The position numbers and the translations under genes were made by a program. Of a DNA stretch of 57,974 nt, positions 1 through 7,678 are shown piece after piece (the stretch's first letter is position 1; each line of letters opens with the position of its first letter). Location of the stretch: assembly GCA_043800905.1 (NCBI GenBank), contig JAZDMO010000003.1, positions 1 through 57,974 on the forward strand. Direction: 5' to 3'. The stretch comes from Patescibacteria group bacterium (GTDB taxonomy: Bacteria; Patescibacteriota; Minisyncoccia; Phycocordibacterales; UBA12079). The notes beneath the pieces are model-generated. The model made no database searches and was not told the origin of the DNA. It was given only the letters and a program-made list of their open reading frames with translations.

Positions 1-1
1 T

Positions 2-610
2 GGGGCGGTGGGGCTTTGGTCTACAAGCGATATGATAAATGGTGTTGGGACTGGTAAAAAACTTTATCTTGCTTCAAATAATAATTATGCGAACCCAGAG
101 GTAACAATAAATGCAGGCAACGTCGGCATCGGGACGACGGGGCCGGGGGCTACTTTAGATATAGCTGGTAGCACTGGAGCAACTGCTTTTAGGGTTACAT
201 CAAGCGGGACGCAAAATCTACCAGCTTATATTGAAAATACTGTTAATACAGCTGGATATCATGGTTTAAAGATTAAGGTCGCAAACGCCGCAGCTGGAAC
301 ACTTCCATTTTATGTTGATGTTGGTGCAAATAGGGTGTTTCAAATTCAAGGCGACGGCAACGTCGGCATCGGGACGACGAATCCTGGAGGCAAGTTAATC
401 GTAAAAGGTGCAGGAACTACAACCGGAGTGAATTTCCAAACTCAAAACAGCAGTGGAACGGCATTAGTAACGGCTTTAGACAGCGGGAATATCGGCATCG
501 GGACGACCACACCTTCCGCAAAATTAGAGGTAGCGGGTTCATTCAAAGCCACCGCCGGAGGAAGTACAATCAACCTAGAAGATGACGGAGATGTTATGAT
601 TGGAATATAA
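2..610 (+). CDS. C-terminal part of a GNVGIGTT-repeat surface / tail-fibre-like protein (5' end lies outside the window)
   Basis: Frame is open from the window edge. Three G-N-(V/I)-G-I-G-T-T motifs (nt 117, 356, 485) use the same GC-rich nucleotide motif as the 2560-aa protein at 7679-15361. Confidence 0.7.
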   Translation, partial: GAVGLWSTSDMINGVGTGKKLYLASNNNYANPEVTINAGNVGIGTTGPGATLDIAGSTGATAFRVTSSGTQNLPAYIENTVNTAGYHGLKIKVANAAAGTLPFYVDVGANRVFQIQGDGNVGIGTTNPGGKLIVKGAGTTTGVNFQTQNSSGTALVTALDSGNIGIGTTTPSAKLEVAGSFKATAGGSTINLEDDGDVMIGI

Positions 611-994
611 GTTTAGGTTTTAGGGTTTAGAAATTAGGTGTTAGGGATGAAAAAAGTTAAAGTTTTTTTTCACACGCCTCTCGAATTTTGGGGAGACTAT
701 CTATTTATCCAAAATTCGAGAGATATCGTATCCAAAATGTGAGTGCTAAAGTGTTTTTTAGGGCTAAGTTGAGCCGTAAAATATTTGAAAACCTGTCCGC
801 ATGAGGTTTAGAACTATATTTTTCCGAATTTTGGCAAAATATAGCTCAAATTGAACGAATTGTCGTATTTTCGTGATTTTTTAGACAAAAATATGAGAGA
901 TTTTTGCCCAAAATTCCCATTTTTTACCCAGAAATTCGTCGTTTTTAAAAAACCGTGTCATAATATCAAATTTTTTTAAAAAATCGAGAGGTTT

Positions 995-1043
995 ACCCTG
1001 TTAAATAAAATTTAGTGAGGAGCTAAATTTTATTTAACAGGGT
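995..1043. repeat. Perfect 21-bp-stem hairpin (ACCCTGTTAAATAAAATTTAG / CTAAATTTTATTTAACAGGGT, loop TGAGGAG); probably a degenerate member of the modular palindrome family
   Basis: Read directly. Flanks tcgagagg...gtgaagtcaaa weakly resemble the CGTCTCTGCGAGG...GTGGCAGTCCAG termini. A degenerate CTGCCTGCCGGCAAACGCAGG palindrome follows at 1069-1089. Confidence 0.6.
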
Positions 1044-1107
1044 GAAGTCAAAATTCTAAATTAATAATCTGCCTGCCGGCAAACGCAGGTTTAAAATTAA
1101 TCTAATT

Positions 1108-1713
1108 ATGTATAAAAAACCATACAATCCAAGTTTTAAAAAATTTACTCCCAACAAAAGTCGGGGAAATTTTAAGGTGCGAGGTCCGATTAAGAGTTTT
1201 AGAGATTTAGATGTTTATAATAAAAGTACCGCTTTGTCTGCTGAGATTTTCATTCTTGAAATTTCACAAGATTTTGGTTTATCTAAATTAGATAATGAAA
1301 TAGAATTGTTAAAAGATATTTCAAAATATGTGCCAAAAATGATAGCGGAAAGTTATGGAAATCGTTTTGATAATTTTTCTATAGCAGAAAGAAAATTAGA
1401 AAAAACAGCTCAGGTTATTACTTCAATTATTTCTAAAATAGATTTTATTATTTCAATTATTAAGAAAACACGAGAGAAAAATGAAGGAAGCGTCTCCAAA
1501 AATGATAGTGAAGTTACACCTATGGGTGGTCAAAAAGTCCAGAAAAAAACTAAAGAATCAAAAGAAGCCGAAATTCTTTTAGAAAAAGAAGAAATACAAG
1601 AATTAGAAAAAAGAATGAATGATTTATTAAAAGATTATTCAATTTTGAGAAATAAAGTGCTCAATTTGAAAAGAGCTTGGGTAAAAATAAACTTGAATTT
1701 TAATAAAAAATAG
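1108..1713 (+). CDS. Divergent four-helix-bundle (23S rRNA intervening-sequence-protein-like) protein with a K/E-rich C-terminal tail
   Basis: FRDLDVYNKSTALSAEIF and KMIAESYGNRF resemble the helix 1 and NIAEGyGr motifs of the four-helix-bundle family. Stop codon lies 1 nt before the next ATG. Confidence 0.5.
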   Translation: MYKKPYNPSFKKFTPNKSRGNFKVRGPIKSFRDLDVYNKSTALSAEIFILEISQDFGLSKLDNEIELLKDISKYVPKMIAESYGNRFDNFSIAERKLEKTAQVITSIISKIDFIISIIKKTREKNEGSVSKNDSEVTPMGGQKVQKKTKESKEAEILLEKEEIQELEKRMNDLLKDYSILRNKVLNLKRAWVKINLNFNKK

Positions 1714-1714
1714 T

Positions 1715-2779
1715 ATGGAAGAAGAATCAAAAAAAAGTCTTACTCACTGTCCTTATTGCCAAGGACCCAATATTGTTAAAAGTGGAATTCGTCAGAAAAA
1801 ACACGAAACGGTGCAGATTTATTATTGCAAAAATTGTGACAAAAAATTTACTCCGAGTATTACAAAAAATAGAACCTATCCGCTTAGAGTGATTTTGGAA
1901 GCAATTAATGGTTATAATAGTTTTAAGACAATGGAAGAATCAGCCAAGTTAGTAAATGAAAAATACGGACTTTCCATAAGTTCTCAAAATATTAGTAGCT
2001 GGATTTTGGGTTTTAAAGAATATTTGCCGATTTTGCGAATGCGAGATTATATTTCTCAAAAATATGATAAAAAAGATATCTTTGTGGAAGCCCATCTTTT
2101 TCACGGGCAAGTTTATGATTTTTTATATCATCGAGCTAAAACAGATTGTGTTATTGATGAGTTTTTTAAACATCAGAAATTTAAACCTTTACAAATTTTT
2201 TTAGAATTAGTGGATACAGATTGCCCTCATCAAATTTTTAAAGACAGTTCTCTTCGTTCTTCTGAATATAAAAATATTTTTAATTTAGATCAAGTTAAGA
2301 TTACCCCACGACCAAATTTTGCTTGTAAAACAGCAAAATTTGTATTGCAAACAGTAGTGAATAATAAATTGCGGCACGAAGTTTTGCAAAAATTTATGTT
2401 GTTGAATGACTCTGTGACGGTGGCGACGGAGGTGCCGATATTGTTGGATTATAAAGACGTACAACATTTTAAAGGGATGAAAGGTTTTGATGTTCCATTA
2501 GAATTAAAGGAGGGGGAAGTTATTACGGGGCACATTGATATTGTGCAGATTAGAAATGGAGCAGTGCATATTTTAGATTTTAAACCTGGAGCTAAAAGAG
2601 TAAAACCAATTGAGCAATTAACCATTTATGCCTTGGCTTTATCTCGTTTGACTGGTTTGAAGTTATTTGATTTTAAATGTGCTTGGTTTGACGAAGATAA
2701 TTACTATGAATTTTATCCTTTGCATGTTGTGATGAAAAAACAAAAGAAAGAGAAAAAAATAAAATCAAAATCTCTTTAA
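1715..2779 (+). CDS. Zinc-ribbon plus PD-(D/E)XK (RecB/Cas4-like) nuclease-domain protein
   Basis: N-terminal CPYC...CKNC zinc ribbon. C-terminal GHIDIV...ILDFKPG...QLTIYALAL matches the D / D-x-K / Q..Y nuclease motifs. Confidence 0.65.
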   Translation: MEEESKKSLTHCPYCQGPNIVKSGIRQKKHETVQIYYCKNCDKKFTPSITKNRTYPLRVILEAINGYNSFKTMEESAKLVNEKYGLSISSQNISSWILGFKEYLPILRMRDYISQKYDKKDIFVEAHLFHGQVYDFLYHRAKTDCVIDEFFKHQKFKPLQIFLELVDTDCPHQIFKDSSLRSSEYKNIFNLDQVKITPRPNFACKTAKFVLQTVVNNKLRHEVLQKFMLLNDSVTVATEVPILLDYKDVQHFKGMKGFDVPLELKEGEVITGHIDIVQIRNGAVHILDFKPGAKRVKPIEQLTIYALALSRLTGLKLFDFKCAWFDEDNYYEFYPLHVVMKKQKKEKKIKSKSL

Positions 2780-2940
2780 ATTAATAATACCTACTTGAAG
2801 ATACTATTTCCAAGTAATTCCTAAGGAATAATAAAAAATATAAAATTTGACTTAATAAATTAAGAGAAAAATTATTAAAAATGCAAGATTAAAAGTTCAG
2901 CAATTTTCTATTGAAAATACTTTGGATGAATTAGAAAAAG

Positions 2941-3317
2941 TCTTTAAAAATAAAGAAAAAATGAACAAAAAAGTTGTATAATTCTGACGACCATGGGTTA
3001 AAGACAGAAACTCTGTTCATTTTTTCTGCTGGATTGCCACGAATAAATTTTTGCGAAAATTTATTCTCGCAAAGACGAAAAGCGAAACGTCTCTGCGAGG
3101 AAAGATTTTTTGATTTTTGACGAAAAATCAAAAAATCTTGACGTGGCAGTCCAGAGATTTTAAATTTTATGCTGGATTGCTTCGTAAACTCGCAATGACG
3201 TTTATTAGCTGGATTGCTACAGAATTTTTTAAAACAAAAAATTCTTCGCAATGACAACGGGATGCTGGACCTGCCTATGCCGGCAGGCAGGTTGCCACGC
3301 TATCGCTCGCAATGACG
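2941..3317. repeat. Repeat cluster A: about 100-bp inverted-repeat arm (2941-3040) plus five modular palindrome units
   Basis: Units by my reading: 3029-3077 (+), 3088-3154 (-), 3172-3200 (+, minimal, no cargo), 3209-3255 (+), 3265-3317 (+, with nested GC palindrome at 3270-3291). Confidence 0.85.
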
Positions 3318-3349
3318 TTTATTCGAGAAAAATTTTGATATAATAATTA

Positions 3350-3955
3350 ATGATGAATAATTTAGAAAAAAATAATAATCCAAGAATAGGAGTTTTTGTT
3401 GATAATGCTAATTTGTTTTATGCTCAAAAACAATCTAAATGGAAAGTAGATATTCAAAAATTAAAAGAAATATTTTTAGTTCTTAACACTCAATTTATTC
3501 GTTATTATATTGCTATTCCATCTCAAGACGATTTGGTTTTTGCTGAAACACAAAAATATCTTGATAAAATAAAACAATTTGTAGATATACATACAAAACC
3601 TCTTAAATATATAAATATTGGAAATAAAATAATTAAAAAAGGAGATGTTGACGTAGATATAACTGTTGATGTAATTGAAAGTATTAAAGAATATGATGTG
3701 GCTGTTATTGTTTCGGGAGATAGTGATTATATTGCATTAAGAGATTTTTTATTAAGAAGAAATAAAAAAATTATTTTTATGGGTTTTAAAAATAATTTAT
3801 CTTACGAAATTAAGAAAGGAAAATATATTTTATTTGAGAGTATTCGTAAAGAGATTGAACTAGGGGATAAAAAAATAACTCCCGAGTTTAACCTCGGGAG
3901 AATATTATTACCATTAGTATATCCTATTGAAAATAAAAGTCAAGAAATAAATTAG
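3350..3955 (+). CDS. NYN-domain (LabA/DUF88-like) putative RNase
   Basis: IGVFVDNANLFY ... VSGDSDYIAL motifs are typical of NYN/LabA-like domains. Confidence 0.75.
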   Translation: MMNNLEKNNNPRIGVFVDNANLFYAQKQSKWKVDIQKLKEIFLVLNTQFIRYYIAIPSQDDLVFAETQKYLDKIKQFVDIHTKPLKYINIGNKIIKKGDVDVDITVDVIESIKEYDVAVIVSGDSDYIALRDFLLRRNKKIIFMGFKNNLSYEIKKGKYILFESIRKEIELGDKKITPEFNLGRILLPLVYPIENKSQEIN

Positions 3956-3962
3956 TCGAAAG

Positions 3963-4071
3963 CCTGCCTGCCCCCGCCTGCCGGCATGCAGGGGCAGGCA
4001 GGTCTAGTTTCTAACCGTCTCTGCGAGCTTGCGAAGCAGTCCAGTCTCGTACAATCACGAAGTGGTTTTTA
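3963..4071. repeat. Repeat cluster B: extended GC palindrome, a minimal (-) unit and a 27-nt junction module
   Basis: CCTGCCTGCCCC...GGGGCAGGCAGG at 3963-4003. CGTCTCTGCGAGCTTGCGAAGCAGTCCAG at 4016-4044. TCTCGTACAATCACGAAGTGGTTTTTA at 4045-4071. Confidence 0.8.
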
Positions 4072-4074
4072 AAA

Positions 4075-4362
4075 ATGGGTCTTAACGTCGGTTATGAACA
4101 AGATGGAAATGGAGAAGAGTATCTAAGACCGGCTGTTGTTCTAAAAAAATTTAATAAGAAAATATTTTTAGGAATTCCTTTAACAAAAATTAAAAAGGAT
4201 TTACCTTTTTATTATAATTTTGAGTTTAAAAAAATAAATAGTTCAGCCATTTTGTCTCAAATAAGATTGTTTGATTCAAAAAGATTAAAATTTAGATATG
4301 GGAAACTAAGTAAGTCTGATTTTGACAAAATAAAAGAAAAACTCATTGAATTACTTCAATAA
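4075..4362 (+). pseudogene. N-terminally truncated MazF/PemK-like toxin paralog
   Basis: Aligns with residues from LGLNIGYEQDG onward of the full-length paralogs at 7168 and 53230. The roughly 40 N-terminal residues are missing and repeat cluster B abuts the 5' end. Confidence 0.6.
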
Positions 4363-4491
4363 GTTTTTCTAATTTATACTCCTCAAAAGAGGAGGGCTCC
4401 TATATGGAGATTTATACATATATAATACCAAGCATAGACAATTTGTCAAGAAATAAATTAGTCAAAAGTCTGTAAAACCATAGATAAAACG

Positions 4492-4625
4492 CTGGACCTG
4501 CCTGCCGGCAGGCAGGTTGCCACGCTATCGTTCGCAATGACGAAGAAACGGATTTTGCGAAGCAAAATCCGTTACGAAAAACTTTGTTTTTCGTCTTTGC
4601 GAGGAGCCTGCGACGTGGCAATCTA
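4492..4625. repeat. Composite C: inverted pair of modular units (134 bp) with a nested GC palindrome
   Basis: CTGGA[CCTGCCTGCCGGCAGGCAGG]TTGCCACGCTATCGTTCGCAATGACG, then two small hairpins, then CGTCTTTGCGAGGAGCCTGCGACGTGGCAATCTAG. Same architecture as the in-CDS copy at 14870-15001. Confidence 0.85.
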
Positions 4626-4655
4626 GAAATAAATTTTTATGTTAAAATATTAATA

Positions 4656-6563
4656 ATGAAAAAAAATATATCAATTTTAATAAAATCGATTTTGATTATT
4701 TTTGCAATTGGTTTATTTGCTTATGGAGTTTATGCTACGGGTTTTATTTTTTCTCCAGACAAACAAACGGCTCAAGTAAACTCTTTACAAAAAGGTTTGG
4801 TTGGTCATTGGACTTTAGACGAAGCAGATTATAATTCTTCAACAGAGAGAGTTACAGACAAAACTCCTTATGAAAATCACGGGACAAATAATGGAGCTAT
4901 TCCAACGGTAGGAAAAAATGGAGAAAGTGGTGGGGCAATGAGTTTTTATGGAAATGATTATATTCAAATTGCTGATAGTAATGTTTTGGATAATACTTCT
5001 GAATTAACAATTTCTCTTTGGATTTATTTAGCATCAGCCCCTGCTGGTTATGCTACCCATCCTATTAGAAAATGGGGCGGGACTACTGATGCAAATTATG
5101 TTATGTATATTTTTGGTTCTAATCGAACTCTTCAATTTTATGCTAATAGGGGGGGTGTTTGGGGAGGTATTTCATCTGGTTATGTTCTTCCGTTAAATGC
5201 TTGGCATCATATTACTTTAGTTTATACCTCTACTATTGGTGGACAACTTTATGTTGATGGTGTTCCGTATGGGGGTCTTGGGACTTCTGGTGTTTTAGCC
5301 ACGAATTCCAGTCCTTTTTATATTGGTGAAGCTGATTTCGACGGCAAAATCGATGATGTTCGTATTTATAATCGTGCTTTGTCATCTACAGAAATCACTC
5401 AACTTTATGAAACTTCTAATACAAAATTAACTACTAGTTCTCTACAAAGAGGTTTGGTTTTGGACATGCCTTTAACTGAAAAATATACAAAAAGTGAGAG
5501 GACTAATCATCAAATTATTGCCAACAAAACTCCCTATGACGACGGAAAAAATTTTGGAGCAACCTTTAACTCAGGTATCGGAATGTTATTTGGTGACACT
5601 TTAGAAAGTATTATTATAAATTATCGAACTTGGAAAGAAGGGCAAACAGGTTCGGTGGGTATTTTTGGTCAAAATGGAAGCACTTCTGAAAATTATAGAA
5701 TTATAGATACTGATCCTTGGGGGAGACCTGCGGTAGTGTGGGAAGCCAGAGCTGATGCGGTGAGCGGTGCTGATGGTGGTTGGAACACTTCAAACTTTGC
5801 CATAGACCAAACAAAGATGTATCGTTTTTCTACATGGATTAGGCGAACAGTTTTAGGAAACGGAACTTACTATATGGGAGTATATGGAAAAAATTCAGCA
5901 GGAACAAATATTGGAGTTTTAAATAGATCAAATGGGGCGGTAAATACAAATCCATATTTTAGAGCCACTTCAGGAACAGAAATTCTTTCTACCAGTTCTT
6001 GGTTTTTGTTAGTGGCTCATGTTTGGCCTGAAGGTTCTGGAACAGGGAGTGTTTATACTGATACAGGTTTATATAATACTTCAGGAAATAAAATTGCTAC
6101 TCCGATTGATTTTGTTTGGCAAGGAGGAACTTCTTTAGGAATACATCGAACATATTTATATTATTCAACCAACACCGATACTCGTCAGCAGTGGATTTAT
6201 CCTCGGGTAGATATTATTGATGGAACAGAACCTTCTATTCAAGATTTATTAGATGGTTATGATAGTTATGGCAATGTCGTAGAAGTTACTTTGGAGGGAG
6301 ATAAAGAATCTGTTTCTTTTTGGTATTCTGATGATACCAGTGGGGGTTGGGTGCATGTAGTGAATTCTTCTGGAACTTATTATGTTAATGGGGAATTAGG
6401 GACTCCTGCTAAGTATCCAATTGTTATTTCTGGAGATTATATTAGTATTGGAAAAACTGCCGTTTCTGATTTTTTTGATGGAGAAATTTCTAATGTAAAA
6501 ATTTATAATCGGACTTTATCAGCCGATGAAGTCGGTTTACTTTATGATTTAGGAAGACAGTAG
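4656..6563 (+). CDS. Secreted or membrane-anchored LamG (concanavalin-A-like lectin) domain protein
   Basis: ATG at 4656 gives an N-terminal hydrophobic segment; the upstream part of ORF 4584 only reads through repeat C. Two LVGHW.LDE ... FDG.I.DVRIYNRALS ... LY modules are typical of LamG domains. Confidence 0.8.
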   Translation: MKKNISILIKSILIIFAIGLFAYGVYATGFIFSPDKQTAQVNSLQKGLVGHWTLDEADYNSSTERVTDKTPYENHGTNNGAIPTVGKNGESGGAMSFYGNDYIQIADSNVLDNTSELTISLWIYLASAPAGYATHPIRKWGGTTDANYVMYIFGSNRTLQFYANRGGVWGGISSGYVLPLNAWHHITLVYTSTIGGQLYVDGVPYGGLGTSGVLATNSSPFYIGEADFDGKIDDVRIYNRALSSTEITQLYETSNTKLTTSSLQRGLVLDMPLTEKYTKSERTNHQIIANKTPYDDGKNFGATFNSGIGMLFGDTLESIIINYRTWKEGQTGSVGIFGQNGSTSENYRIIDTDPWGRPAVVWEARADAVSGADGGWNTSNFAIDQTKMYRFSTWIRRTVLGNGTYYMGVYGKNSAGTNIGVLNRSNGAVNTNPYFRATSGTEILSTSSWFLLVAHVWPEGSGTGSVYTDTGLYNTSGNKIATPIDFVWQGGTSLGIHRTYLYYSTNTDTRQQWIYPRVDIIDGTEPSIQDLLDGYDSYGNVVEVTLEGDKESVSFWYSDDTSGGWVHVVNSSGTYYVNGELGTPAKYPIVISGDYISIGKTAVSDFFDGEISNVKIYNRTLSADEVGLLYDLGRQ

Positions 6564-6565
6564 CT

Positions 6566-6623
6566 AAAAAATAAAGAAAAGAGGCGATGGATTTTAGTCC
6601 ACCGCCTCTTTTCTTTATTTTTT
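6566..6623. terminator. Long hairpin terminator after the LamG gene (A-run before, T-run after; potentially bidirectional)
   Basis: AAAAAATAAAGAAAAGAGGCG...CGCCTCTTTTCTTTATTTTTT read directly. Confidence 0.65.
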
Positions 6624-6669
6624 AGAATTATAAATTATAGATTTTAAATTTTAAATTAATTTAAAAAAA

Positions 6670-6935
6670 CTCTGGACTCCTCCCGTGGCGAAAAGTAAAA
6701 CTTTTCCGTCATTGCGAGAATAAATTTTCGCAAAAATTTATTCGTGGCAACCTGCCTGCCGGCAGGCAGGTCCAGCGTCTCGTCATTGCGAATAAGGTTT
6801 TTTGATTTTTCGTCAAAAATCAAAAAACCTTATGTGGCAATCCAGCAGAAAAAATGAAAAAAAGTTGTATAATTATGACGGTCGTCAGAATTATACAACT
6901 TTTTGGTTTGTTTTTTGTTTATTTTTGGATGCTTT
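6670..6935. repeat. Repeat cluster D: two (-) modular units, the GTTGTATAATT..AATTATACAAC palindrome, and an inverted-repeat arm matching 2941-3040
   Basis: Units 6707-6775 (with nested GC palindrome at 6751-6770) and 6781-6845. Palindrome at 6863-6900. 6834-6935 is the reverse complement of 2941-3040 except for one replaced 22-24 nt segment. Confidence 0.85.
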
Positions 6936-7167
6936 TTGGTCTTTTTTAAATTTTACTTGGAGATAGTATCTCCAAGTTTTTTCGTTTATTTTTGGGGTCT
7001 TAAAAAAGCCATATTTATCCACATTTTTGTTTAAGAAAAAGGCTTTTTCGGGGTATAATTTTATATAAAGATTCTGCCTGAAAACAGGGGCGTGAATTTG
7101 TGTATAAATGGATCTTTTACCCTTATTTTTCAATGTTTAAAGAATAGCTTTTAAATAAAAATAAAAA

Positions 7168-7575
7168 ATGAAATTAAGAGAAAACATTATAAAAAAAGAT
7201 TTTGATGTTTGGAATATTCAAAAGAAAGAAATTCACAATCACGGAAGAAACAGATTATATCGTTTGAGAGATATTTGGTGGTGTAATTTGGGATTGAATA
7301 TAGGGTATGAACAAGATGGTACCGGAGAAAACAATGGGCGACCAGTTTTGGTGTTAAAAGGGTTGAGTAGAAATATTTGTTTGGTAATTCCTTTAACAAC
7401 TTCAATTGAACAACATTTTATGAGAATACCAATTGGAGAGATAGATGGTAAAAATGCTTCTGGAATAATTTCGCAAATTCGTGTGATTGATACTAAGAGG
7501 TTTGTAAATAAAATAGGAAAGATAGATAAAAAAAGATTTGATATAATTAGAAAAGCCATCAAAAACTTAATTTGA
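7168..7575 (+). CDS. MazF/PemK-family endoribonuclease toxin-like protein; no adjacent antitoxin ORF
   Basis: GYEQDG..RPVLVL ... PLTTS ... ISQIRVIDTKRFVNKIG aligns with the GSEQGG.RPVLV ... QIRTIDKQRL motifs of MazF/EndoA. Confidence 0.75.
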   Translation: MKLRENIIKKDFDVWNIQKKEIHNHGRNRLYRLRDIWWCNLGLNIGYEQDGTGENNGRPVLVLKGLSRNICLVIPLTTSIEQHFMRIPIGEIDGKNASGIISQIRVIDTKRFVNKIGKIDKKRFDIIRKAIKNLI

Positions 7576-7678
7576 CGACTTTTCTAATTTTTTCTCCCGC
7601 CTAAGGCGGGCAAGCCCGAAGGCACTTGTAATTAAATAATATCAAAGATAAACATTTTGTCAATAGAAGAATAAAAAA

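Noticed and set aside
700-740. TTATCCAAA and TATCCAAAA (DnaA-box-like, one mismatch), with several CCAAAATTCG-like repeats in 660-990, considered as an origin or iteron region.
   Set aside because: There are only two weak boxes, no dnaA or dnaN nearby, and no AT-rich unwinding element pattern. It more likely reflects decayed palindromic elements, for example the hairpin CTCTCGAATTTTGG...CCAAAATTCGAGAG at 678-722.
2931-3257. Minus-strand ORF of 108 aa, and similar ORFs at 4412-4621 and 20272-20460.
   Set aside because: They lie entirely within repeat clusters and simply read through palindromic units. They have no RBS and low-complexity composition.
4584-4655. N-terminal extensions proposed by the ORF track (4584, 15368, 16165, 28460, 40175, 41924, 53122, 53182).
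   Set aside because: The extensions read through repeats or hairpins or use non-ATG starts. Internal ATGs give canonical N-termini (signal peptide, S16 MLKIRL, RBS-preceded starts).
6891-7133. Minus-strand 80-aa lysine-rich ORF upstream of the MazF-like gene, considered as a divergent antitoxin.
   Set aside because: Its 3' half is made of the hairpin at 6955-6977 and the inverted-repeat arm. It has no RBS and no equivalent next to the other MazF-like copies. I cannot fully exclude it.
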